Part shown: one piece after another, positions 56,881 through 64,000 of the stretch
How positions within the stretch are numbered: position 1 is the first letter of the stretch
Layout of the letters: every line of letters begins with the position of its first letter
Virus record (IMG/VR): IMGVR_UViG_3300005613_000008
Span: 63,324-127,323 of that record
Direction: 5' to 3' (one strand)
Length of the DNA stretch: 64,000 nucleotides
Source of the DNA: a virus
Made by a program: the position numbers and the translations under genes
Notes under the pieces: model-generated
What the model was told of the DNA's origin: nothing
Seen by the model: the letters and a program-made list of their open reading frames with translations, nothing else
Database searches by the model: none

Positions 56881-57111
56881 ATGAAATTCAATCACTTACT
56901 AACTGAAAAAGAACAATTATATTTTTGCAAGAACAGAAATCTCATTATTTGCAAATGGAAGCCTGTCTCTGAAGGATATACTTCCGCAGGCAATAATGTT
57001 TGTGTAAGTATGTTATGTGACGAGTGTGGGTCAAGAATAGACAAGTTTCTTCATTCCGAAGACTACAAGATTCACGAAAAACTTATTCTAAGCGAGGTAA
57101 ATGATGTTTAG
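56881..57111 (+). CDS. Small Cys-containing hypothetical protein
   Basis: GGAGG SD; CDEC. Confidence 0.6.
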   Translation: MKFNHLLTEKEQLYFCKNRNLIICKWKPVSEGYTSAGNNVCVSMLCDECGSRIDKFLHSEDYKIHEKLILSEVNDV

Positions 57112-57373
57112 ACCAGTAAACCGACATATTCTAGTAGACTACTCCCCGCCACAGGAAAAGTCAGATTCAGCAATTCTTCTTCCCGATGATTACAAAGCTC
57201 CAGAGCAAAATCATGTTGTTGTGGAGGTTGTAGGTGTTGCTGATGATGTATCTTTTGAATGTGAAATGGGCAACAAAATTATCATAGATAAGAAGATGTT
57301 GGATGTTTTAGTTATCGACCACTCTACTTATTACACAATTTTAGAGAATTATGTAATAGGAGTAATGGATTGA
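57101..57373 (+). CDS. groES: GroES-like co-chaperonin (T4 gp31 analogue)
   Basis: FRPVNRHILV, mobile loop SAILLP, VVEVVGV, ILENYVIGV. Confidence 0.75.
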   Translation: MMFRPVNRHILVDYSPPQEKSDSAILLPDDYKAPEQNHVVVEVVGVADDVSFECEMGNKIIIDKKMLDVLVIDHSTYYTILENYVIGVMD

Positions 57374-58267
57374 ATGGATAAAGACTTTTACAACCAGTCG
57401 TCGGCTGCTAACCTAGGCTGGGATCCCACTTGGTTTGGGGAAAAACACTTTGACGACAAACTTGTAAGAGCAATCAAGAGGTTTCAGAAATCTTATGGTC
57501 TCAAAGCTGACGGATTGTGTGGTCCTTCAACCTTCCGCCGCCTTTGGGTTGAGAGACAAGAAAACATTGACAACCATAAGCCTGAAGATCCTCATTATTC
57601 TAACTACATTGTTTACAATGGAGAGTTTACTCCTATCAAATGGGACAAACTTGTTCTATGGTCCGAGCGCGGCGGTCTTGCCGCCCGCTCTGGCACCTAC
57701 TACGACTACACAGGCAGACCAAAGCGCGACGTAAAACTATTCGTCAACCATTGGGATGTCTGTTTGTCCTCAGCACAATGTCAGAAGGTATTGGACAAGC
57801 GTGGCATCTCCGTACATTTCTTGATTGATAATGACGGCACAATTTATCAGACCCTTGACCTACAGCACGCAGCATTTCACGCTGGTAATGTAAATCGTAA
57901 GTCTGTTGGTGTCGAGATCTCAAACGCATACTACCCAAAATACCAGAGCACCTATGTTCGCAATGGCTTTGGAGAAAGACCGCTTATTAAGGGAGCGCGA
58001 GTTCATTACGATGAACTTGAGCCATTCCTTGGTTTTTATCCAGTTCAGATAGAAGCTCTCAAAGCGCTGTGGCAAGCTATTCATAACGCTTGTGATGTCC
58101 CATTTGTAACCCCAACAAACCAGTTCGATAAAACCTCCACAGTTTATGAACAGTCTTGGGCTTATGGTAAGGAGCGTGGATTCGTCAGCCACTACCACGT
58201 CAATAAGAAGAAGATCGACTGCGCAGGGCTGGACATAAAAACTTTGCTATCTGAACTTGACGACTGA
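57374..58267 (+). CDS. Endolysin: peptidoglycan-binding domain + Amidase_2 N-acetylmuramoyl-L-alanine amidase
   Basis: AIKRFQKSYGLKADGLCGPST; VNHWD, SVHFLIDNDGTIYQ, FHAG, SVGVEI, VSHYH...KIDC. Confidence 0.85.
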   Translation: MDKDFYNQSSAANLGWDPTWFGEKHFDDKLVRAIKRFQKSYGLKADGLCGPSTFRRLWVERQENIDNHKPEDPHYSNYIVYNGEFTPIKWDKLVLWSERGGLAARSGTYYDYTGRPKRDVKLFVNHWDVCLSSAQCQKVLDKRGISVHFLIDNDGTIYQTLDLQHAAFHAGNVNRKSVGVEISNAYYPKYQSTYVRNGFGERPLIKGARVHYDELEPFLGFYPVQIEALKALWQAIHNACDVPFVTPTNQFDKTSTVYEQSWAYGKERGFVSHYHVNKKKIDCAGLDIKTLLSELDD

Positions 58268-58285
58268 CCTGCGACCTGTTATGTT
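58257..58285 (+). promoter_or_regulatory. Sigma70-type promoter (TTGACG-17-TGtTATGTT)
   Basis: Before thyX, with a GGAG SD. Confidence 0.65.
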
Positions 58286-58305
58286 ATAGACATAACGGAG
58301 AGCAA

Positions 58306-58956
58306 ATGGATAACAAAGTAGAACTAATTGGGACTTATGGAGAAGATCTAACTCACGCACTCTCGGCTTGGACTAGCACAAGCAGGCAGATCGGACCAAA
58401 GAAACTCGCAAGAGTTGGGAAATTGCTCAAGATGCTCGCAACTGAGGGTCATATGACGCCGTTCGAGAAGTCGTCTCTTCACTTTCTCGTGACGACCGAC
58501 ATCGCTACGCACATTCACCTACTCAAACACCGCATTGGCGTAAACATCAACGCAGAGTCGGCACGCTACAAAGAGTTTAAGATCGATAAGTATTATTTGC
58601 CTGTTGATTGGGACGAAGAAGAGCGCGGCGAACTAGAAACCTTTATCAAGGACGCCTACGACCGCTATCATAAGTGCATTGCTCGCCTTGAGGAGAAGGG
58701 CTATGATCGTAAGCGCGCAAAGGAGAGCGCTCGACTCTATCTTCCATATGGCATTCAGATCACTTGCGACATTATGTTCAACTGGCGCTCTTTCGCTCAT
58801 TTCCAGAAACTACGAAATGACGAGCACGCCCAGTTGGAGGTTCGTGAGGTCGCAGCAGAGATGCTACGACTTGTAGAAGAGCAGGGCGACTTCCCGATGA
58901 CGATTGAGGCTATGACCGCAGCAGGAATGCTTCCAGCCAAGGAGAACGAAGAATGA
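58306..58956 (+). CDS. thyX: FAD-dependent thymidylate synthase
   Basis: GHMTPFE, LLKHRIGVNINAESARY (RHR..S.RY motif with K in place of the first R), ARLYLP, LRNDEHAQLEVR. Confidence 0.9.
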   Translation: MDNKVELIGTYGEDLTHALSAWTSTSRQIGPKKLARVGKLLKMLATEGHMTPFEKSSLHFLVTTDIATHIHLLKHRIGVNINAESARYKEFKIDKYYLPVDWDEEERGELETFIKDAYDRYHKCIARLEEKGYDRKRAKESARLYLPYGIQITCDIMFNWRSFAHFQKLRNDEHAQLEVREVAAEMLRLVEEQGDFPMTIEAMTAAGMLPAKENEE

Positions 58957-59093
58957 AGATACCTCCAGCAATGCCTAAACTCAACAAAGAACAAAAAGCA
59001 TATCAAGCCTCTAGAGATTGGTGGTATGTTTTTGCTGGATTTGTAATAGGCGCTATCCCAGCTTTTATCCTTGGATTTGAGTTAGCAAGATAA
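58953..59093 (+). CDS. 46-aa single-TM protein flanked by an 18-bp direct repeat
   Basis: MKIPPAMP...WWYVFAGFVIGAIPAFILGFELAR; AAGGAGAACGAAGAATGA at 58939-58956 and 59092-59109. Confidence 0.6.
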   Translation: MKIPPAMPKLNKEQKAYQASRDWWYVFAGFVIGAIPAFILGFELAR

Positions 59094-59114
59094 GGAGAAC
59101 GAAGAATGATTGAA

Positions 59115-59122
59115 ACTATTTA
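59115..59122 (+). promoter_or_regulatory. Putative late promoter (ACTATTTA)
   Basis: 23 nt before the 59138 start. Confidence 0.6.
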
Positions 59123-59137
59123 TACTCGGAGAACCAA

Positions 59138-59770
59138 ATGGACAAATTTATAAATGAATGGAAAGAATTCTTAACAGAGAGTTCTATCAGCCGCACCTAC
59201 GAACACATACTTAACCACGATACCGCATTTCTTACAGCGTTTCGTGACAATACAAAAGACAGAACCAAGTGTATGCCCGACCACAGCAAGACTATGGAGA
59301 ACCTTGAACGCAATCGTCAATTAAAGGCTGTTCTACTCAACAAGGGCTACGGCGTTACAGCCGTTGCCGGCACTTATGTCGAAGATTTTGGAACAAAAGC
59401 AGCCAAGGAAGTTAAGGAAGATTCATTCTTTGTTGTTAATCTCAAAGACGACCCAAACTTCAAGAATGTAATCACTGGCTTAGGCGAACATTTTTGTCAG
59501 GATTCTGTCCTATTTGTTCCCCGTGGTGGCGAGCAGTCATTTCTAATTGGTACAAATGACGCTGAGTTTCCCGGTTACGGCAATGAAACTGAAACAGGCG
59601 GTTTCCTTGGCGGCAAGGAAGGCGAGTTTATGACTCGCGTTGGCAAATCCAAGCGACCCATTAAGTTTGCCGAAGGTCTTGAAACCAAAGCCAAGATGCA
59701 GAACAACACAAAGTTCCTTATCTCACGCCTTGCAAAGCAGGTAATCAAGGAGATGAAGGAGGAAAGTTGA
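59138..59770 (+). CDS. Hypothetical protein with MDKFINEWKEFLTES N-terminus
   Basis: GGAG SD; motif resembles the 17607 N-terminus. Confidence 0.7.
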   Translation: MDKFINEWKEFLTESSISRTYEHILNHDTAFLTAFRDNTKDRTKCMPDHSKTMENLERNRQLKAVLLNKGYGVTAVAGTYVEDFGTKAAKEVKEDSFFVVNLKDDPNFKNVITGLGEHFCQDSVLFVPRGGEQSFLIGTNDAEFPGYGNETETGGFLGGKEGEFMTRVGKSKRPIKFAEGLETKAKMQNNTKFLISRLAKQVIKEMKEES

Positions 59771-60657
59771 ATCCCTACTACGACGAAATCGTAGTTGGCT
59801 CTTCACTCCGCGCTGTTTTGTTTGCTGCTCTCAATGGCTTCCCTGTGTTTTTTACAAAACCAGAGAAGCCTTTTGAGTTTGATCATTTTGACCCGTCTAT
59901 TGACTTGTCTAGTTGGGGGCTTCACAATGAACTTCAACTCTGGACAACGCCTGACGGCGACAAGGCGACAGGACAAAATAAGATTGCTCTATGGGAACAT
60001 GTTTTCTTTGTTCTCGGTTTGGAGGGACTAGCTCCGTTTTCCGATTTCTGCTCTTCACTGCGCATTGACGATAACACCTTGACAGGATTCTCGGACTATG
60101 CTAAACTAAGGTCAGTTGATTTCGGCGTGTGTCACTACTTTGACGAACACGCCACTTACAACCTTCTACCTTGCGAGAACACACCAAAAACTTACAATGT
60201 CTACGATAGGTTCGCATTTATCAGAGGTGGCAAGCATCACTTTGATTTTATTGGAAGCGATGACCATTTCTGTAATGAGATCTGGTTCTATCCCAGTCCA
60301 AGGCAAGACGGCGAAACGCTCATTAAAGACGCCTGTGTGCTCTCAATTTTATCAGACGACCAGATAGACGACTTTGATTTTTCAGAGACTATAGTGAAGC
60401 TCACAACCCTCAGAAAGATGAAAGATTTAGGACTAAGAGGACCAAAAAATGGGAAACAAGCAGACGGATCACAGAGATACAGAAGTTTCAAGATTGAAGC
60501 GCTCAATCGCGATAAATTCCTATCATCTGCTCCAGTTTGGTTGGAGGCAGATTCGATCAAAGTTCCGCAGATTTCTGAAAAAGAACTTCTCCTACAACTC
60601 CCCGACATAGCTGAGAAGCACAAAAGGATTTTAAAGCACTTATGGCGAAGCATTTAG
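59767..60657 (+). CDS. Rossmann-like (FAD/NAD-binding-type) protein with degenerate glycine loop
   Basis: YDEIVVGSSLRAVLFAALNG resembles DxxVVGxGxxG(L/A)xxA but has lost the later glycines; TTG start. Confidence 0.4.
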   Translation: MNPYYDEIVVGSSLRAVLFAALNGFPVFFTKPEKPFEFDHFDPSIDLSSWGLHNELQLWTTPDGDKATGQNKIALWEHVFFVLGLEGLAPFSDFCSSLRIDDNTLTGFSDYAKLRSVDFGVCHYFDEHATYNLLPCENTPKTYNVYDRFAFIRGGKHHFDFIGSDDHFCNEIWFYPSPRQDGETLIKDACVLSILSDDQIDDFDFSETIVKLTTLRKMKDLGLRGPKNGKQADGSQRYRSFKIEALNRDKFLSSAPVWLEADSIKVPQISEKELLLQLPDIAEKHKRILKHLWRSI

Positions 60658-61526
60658 CAGGCATCATTCCATTAGCAAACTTTGAGGAAAATTTCAATCT
60701 TCCTTATGATTCGTTTATGCTTCCAATCCAAAACGACTTCACCCTTATCCAGAAGTCTGTGTTTGAGTGCGCTATGGCTGGCTGTTCTACGATTTGGATC
60801 GTAGCCAACGATGATCTTGCCCCTATGGTGAAAAGACATATAGGCGAGTGGGTCTATGATCCAGTTTACTTCTGGGACGATTACATAAACAACCACATTG
60901 TCCAGCGTAGAACTCACATTCCAATCTACTATGTCCCGATCCTTCCAAAAGATAGAGACAAGCGCGATAGTTATGGTTGGTCTGCCTTATTTGGTATGCA
61001 CTCTGCTTGGTATGTTTCTTACAGAATCTCAAAGTGGGTCGTCCCGAAGAAATACTTTGTTTCATTTCCGCACAACGCCTACGATTACTGGTCATTGCGA
61101 GAACACAGAAAGCAACTTTTTAACATCAAACGAAACTTCTTTTTTACTCACGAGGGCAAAACAATAAAAGACAATCTCCCGATCCCATTTACTATGCGCG
61201 GAGAAGATTTTATCCAGTGTCGAAGAGAGGTCAATAAACTTACAACCCGAGACCATTATCCACTGGGTTCTAACGAGACTTGGCGTGACTTGAAGAAGAT
61301 GCCGAAGGAAGAGCGCTGGTCTGCCCGGCACTTTGACCTCGCGACAATCTTTGACAAGGTGACCGAGGAAGACTGCTTCCGCGAAGAACTCGACTGGTTC
61401 TACGATCTCAGAGAGTGGGACGGCTACCGAGCCTACCTCGCGTCAGATAATGTCGTGGGATCGCCCAACTGGCGCTTGACAAAGCCGCACCAACTGAATA
61501 GATTATGTCAGGAGGAAGAGGAATGA
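60642..61526 (+). CDS. Sugar-phosphate nucleotidyltransferase-fold protein (degenerate)
   Basis: LAGIIP...MLPI...LIQKSVFECAMAGCSTIWIVAN matches the NTP_transferase N-terminus but lacks GxGTR. Confidence 0.5.
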   Translation: MAKHLAGIIPLANFEENFNLPYDSFMLPIQNDFTLIQKSVFECAMAGCSTIWIVANDDLAPMVKRHIGEWVYDPVYFWDDYINNHIVQRRTHIPIYYVPILPKDRDKRDSYGWSALFGMHSAWYVSYRISKWVVPKKYFVSFPHNAYDYWSLREHRKQLFNIKRNFFFTHEGKTIKDNLPIPFTMRGEDFIQCRREVNKLTTRDHYPLGSNETWRDLKKMPKEERWSARHFDLATIFDKVTEEDCFREELDWFYDLREWDGYRAYLASDNVVGSPNWRLTKPHQLNRLCQEEEE

Positions 61527-61804
61527 GATGTCACAAGTGTGACGAAGGCGTGCTGCAAATAACCGCTCTAACACCCCCAGACCAAGGGTGGGCTATTGGC
61601 TGTAATCGGTGTGATTATTCCAGTTGGATTCCAACAGCAGATCAGATGGTAACAGCACAGCCTATGACTGCGCCAACAAAGATCAAGTGGAAAATTGAAG
61701 GGCACTACGCTCACCCTAGTTCGGAAGAACACCCACCAGATTGCCCTTGGCATAAAGATTGGCACGCCTGTAATTGTGGTTTCTTTGATGGAGAAGAAGA
61801 ATGA
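61523..61804 (+). CDS. Small Zn-ribbon accessory protein
   Basis: CHKC...CNRC; ATGA-coupled start at 61523. Confidence 0.6.
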   Translation: MRCHKCDEGVLQITALTPPDQGWAIGCNRCDYSSWIPTADQMVTAQPMTAPTKIKWKIEGHYAHPSSEEHPPDCPWHKDWHACNCGFFDGEEE

Positions 61805-62019
61805 AGTTTGAAAAAACTACTCATTGGCGCACCGAGATTGAAAACTGGGTCGCTACGATTACAAAATACAGCGACGCTGATGATTATTTCTGGAAAATCC
61901 AAACCAGAACTTTAGATTTTGGATTTGGTGATAGCTGGGAATGGAAGATTCTTGCTGAGGGAAAAGAAGAATCTCTTGCTAAGGCTAAAAGCGCGATTAA
62001 AGAATGGAGATCAAGGTAA
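61801..62019 (+). CDS. Small accessory hypothetical protein
   Basis: ATGA overlap with GGAG SD. Confidence 0.6.
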   Translation: MKFEKTTHWRTEIENWVATITKYSDADDYFWKIQTRTLDFGFGDSWEWKILAEGKEESLAKAKSAIKEWRSR

Positions 62020-62021
62020 GA

Positions 62022-62438
62022 ATGGAAAACCACTACGAAGTCTGCTCTTATTGCGAAGGCAACGGCTACGACGAAGAAGGTGAGTGTCCTAACTGCCTTT
62101 CTCGCTGTGTTGTTCCTACTCTTGATGCTCTCGATCTGATCGATAGGCTGAGAGCAGAAAACAAAAGACTAATCCTTCTGAGAGAAAAACTCCGTGACGA
62201 GATTACTAAACTTGAAATGGAGAGAACAGACGACGAACTACGCGAAATGCTAGATCTTGCAGCAAAGCATGAAAACGAAGCAACAGCAGAGAACGAGATT
62301 ATGAGAGAAAGGCTAAAAAAGATCAATAACCTTTCTCGCTATGCCGCAGAACAAGTAGCAAGAAAGCCAAAAGAAGCACAACTAATTTTTGAAAAGATTC
62401 ATGATCTTTCTGGAGGCATGTATGGGAAAATTTGCTAA
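62022..62438 (+). CDS. Accessory protein: Cys-rich N-terminus (CSYC.G.G...CPNC) + coiled coil
   Basis: DnaJ-like CxxCxGxG knuckle, then a heptad coil. Confidence 0.6.
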   Translation: MENHYEVCSYCEGNGYDEEGECPNCLSRCVVPTLDALDLIDRLRAENKRLILLREKLRDEITKLEMERTDDELREMLDLAAKHENEATAENEIMRERLKKINNLSRYAAEQVARKPKEAQLIFEKIHDLSGGMYGKIC

Positions 62439-62619
62439 ATGGTATCTTCATTTTGATCTTTTTGGTCTTTGTTGGAACATACATTTATTCACAAAGGACA
62501 AAAAGTATCAATTCTGGGGTTACCGTCTTGATTGGTACGATGGACCTATTCATTCTTTTGGTTTAGGACCGCTGCTATACATTTGCACGCATGAAGAAGA
62601 ATACATTCACAGAGGTTAA
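62422..62619 (+). CDS. Small accessory hypothetical protein
   Basis: GGAGG SD before ATG 62422. Confidence 0.5.
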   Translation: MGKFAKWYLHFDLFGLCWNIHLFTKDKKYQFWGYRLDWYDGPIHSFGLGPLLYICTHEEEYIHRG

Positions 62620-62693
62620 TGATGAAACAAATGACCATAGAAGAAGGTCTTCACAGAAGCATCGATTATGATCCTATTGAATTTGGAGATTAA
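62619..62693 (+). CDS. 24-aa micro-ORF MMKQMTIEEGLHRSIDYDPIEFGD
   Basis: TAATG coupling with a GAGG SD; fills the gap between neighbouring genes. Confidence 0.35.
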   Translation: MMKQMTIEEGLHRSIDYDPIEFGD

Positions 62694-62696
62694 GTA

Positions 62697-62975
62697 ATGT
62701 CTACTTGGAAATACAGCATGATTAAGGTCGCAGAAGATCACGGAGAAGATGTCTGTGAACTCGTGGAAGTTTATTCCCAGTCTGGACTTGTTAGTGGACC
62801 TTATACAAGTTTCTGTCGCCCTTTCTTAACTTCGATTAAGTGTCTTCAAATGGCACTCAAAGACGTTGAACGAGACGGAATCAACACTTGGTTTTGGGAG
62901 AATGGAACTTTCTCTTGGAACCAGAATGAATACTTTTGGGATTGGAAGTCAAATAAAGGAGAGCACGAAGAATGA
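62697..62975 (+). CDS. Small accessory hypothetical protein
   Basis: GGAG SD; ends in the junction motif. Confidence 0.6.
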   Translation: MSTWKYSMIKVAEDHGEDVCELVEVYSQSGLVSGPYTSFCRPFLTSIKCLQMALKDVERDGINTWFWENGTFSWNQNEYFWDWKSNKGEHEE

Positions 62976-63202
62976 GCACCAAATCAACAATAAGCTATGA
63001 TAAAGGTTATCATCTTTATGCTGAATGCTTTGATGAAAATTTAGTCTATCTAAGGCTCGATGACCCGATTATGTTGAAGGCAGATTTTTGGGAAGGATCG
63101 AAATCTTCTGTCACTGTAGCACTCTCTAAAGAAGATATGCTTCAGTTATGTAAGGAATTTGTAAACAAATATAACTATTATTACGGAGAGGAAGAAGAAT
63201 GA
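62972..63202 (+). CDS. Small accessory hypothetical protein
   Basis: ATGA overlap. Confidence 0.6.
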   Translation: MSTKSTISYDKGYHLYAECFDENLVYLRLDDPIMLKADFWEGSKSSVTVALSKEDMLQLCKEFVNKYNYYYGEEEE

Positions 63203-63381
63203 AAAGTAGAATTATGTATACTTGCGGAACAGCTTATTGTCACGATCCAGACATCACATTATATGATAATATCGAACTCCTTAAAAAAAGCAAAAGTTGT
63301 TGGAAAGAATGCGGCATTGTTGAAATCAGTCTGGCAAAAATTAAGTATGTTGAAGAACCGAATCTAATGGGTCAGCGATGA
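63199..63381 (+). CDS. Small accessory hypothetical protein
   Basis: ATGA overlap. Confidence 0.6.
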   Translation: MKSRIMYTCGTAYCHDPDITLYDNIELLKKSKSCWKECGIVEISLAKIKYVEEPNLMGQR

Positions 63382-63581
63382 AAGTTAAATCTATCAAATC
63401 AATCTATCTTTCTGAAAAGGAACTAAAAGGCGCAATCTGCAATTGGCTTCATGTTCGTGGACGCCATGATTTAGCGACACATTTGGAAGATAACTTGTGC
63501 GAGTTTGAGTGGTCCCATCAAGATGATGGTGACTATCTTGCTGTCGATATGGATGGCACATTTAACGAGAGCGAAGAATGA
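63378..63581 (+). CDS. Small accessory hypothetical protein
   Basis: ATGA overlap. Confidence 0.55.
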   Translation: MKVKSIKSIYLSEKELKGAICNWLHVRGRHDLATHLEDNLCEFEWSHQDDGDYLAVDMDGTFNESEE

Positions 63582-63709
63582 GCCATCATTTCTATTGCCC
63601 AAAATGTAATTCTAAAACCTTCTATCGCTATGTAGGAGGGTTCTACCCACAACCGGGTTGTCTAAAATGTGATGTTTGGTTTGAGAAACCAAAACCAAAG
63701 AGAAAATAA
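63578..63709 (+). CDS. 43-aa Zn-ribbon micro-protein (CPKC...CLKC)
   Basis: Not in the ORF track; ATGA-coupled start and TAATG-coupled end. Confidence 0.6.
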   Translation: MSHHFYCPKCNSKTFYRYVGGFYPQPGCLKCDVWFEKPKPKRK

Positions 63710-63999
63710 TGAATCTGATTCCACCAACGCAATGGGACTCTTACTTTGACCTTTTTGGGTCAGGACGAGTTTATTTTGGAAGAGCGACATTTGGTAAAGG
63801 ACAAAGAGTAGGGACACCCCCTATTATTGCTATGTTTCAGGGGTTAGAGCCTTATTATCCAACAGAACCTTTTATCGTGACTTCAAGAAACTCTATGCTA
63901 AAAATCAATAAAGAAATGGAAGGCAATAGAACTATTCCCGACTGGCTGCGTGCTGATTGTTTTGAGTATTTTTGGAGGAAGAGGAATGAAAGTCGGTGA
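63709..63999 (+). CDS. Small accessory hypothetical protein
   Basis: TAATG coupling; a further ORF (MKVGD...) starts at 63986 and runs off the window. Confidence 0.55.
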   Translation: MNLIPPTQWDSYFDLFGSGRVYFGRATFGKGQRVGTPPIIAMFQGLEPYYPTEPFIVTSRNSMLKINKEMEGNRTIPDWLRADCFEYFWRKRNESR

Positions 64000-64000
64000 T

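Noticed and set aside
1-64000. Stop-codon reassignment (code 15/4), as seen in some huge phages
   Set aside because: Core genes are full length in code 11, and TAG and TGA both act as real stops at tight gene junctions (e.g. 21601, 24600, 30119).
1-64000. tRNA, rRNA, integrase, reverse transcriptase/DGR, chimallin or multisubunit RNA polymerase genes
   Set aside because: None recognisable by eye in the short intergenic gaps or the ORF set; a tRNAscan/HMM run would be needed to exclude them fully.

Overview
A 64-kb segment of a large dsDNA myovirus (T4-superfamily-like huge phage). All credible genes are on the + strand and read in the standard code 11. The order is: end of a baseplate gene; RuvC, GIY-YIG homing endonuclease, primase, a fused SbcD-SbcC (gp47-gp46) nuclease and a tubulin/FtsZ-family GTPase; small putative head-internal and lysis genes; terminase, portal and prohead protease; ribosomal protein bS21; a fibre/decoration cassette containing a DUF2827-like glycosyltransferase; scaffold, major capsid, neck, sheath, tube, tail chaperone, tape measure and baseplate hub; then a replication/nucleotide block (minimal family-A polymerase, a second degenerate tubulin, gp32-like SSB, UvsX/RecA, 5'-3' exonuclease, DnaB, class II RNR, GroES, amidase endolysin, ThyX); and finally a run of small overlapping accessory ORFs. 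Two promoter classes are readable: sigma70-type (TTGACA-17-TGnTAnnnT) before replication genes and a CTA(T/C)TTA motif before virion genes. The most unusual observations are (1) a glycosyltransferase embedded in a four-paralogue fibre cassette inside the head module, (2) an unannotated +1/-2 frameshift at TTT-TTT-TGG just before the tape measure gene, (3) a shared N-terminal MKITK..LKQIIKEEL-type signal on many unrelated small proteins, including two nested in-frame genes with their own late motif and SD, (4) two tubulin-family genes, and (5) a GGAG..GAAGAATGA junction motif joining accessory genes. All family assignments come from motif recognition by eye; no database search was run.
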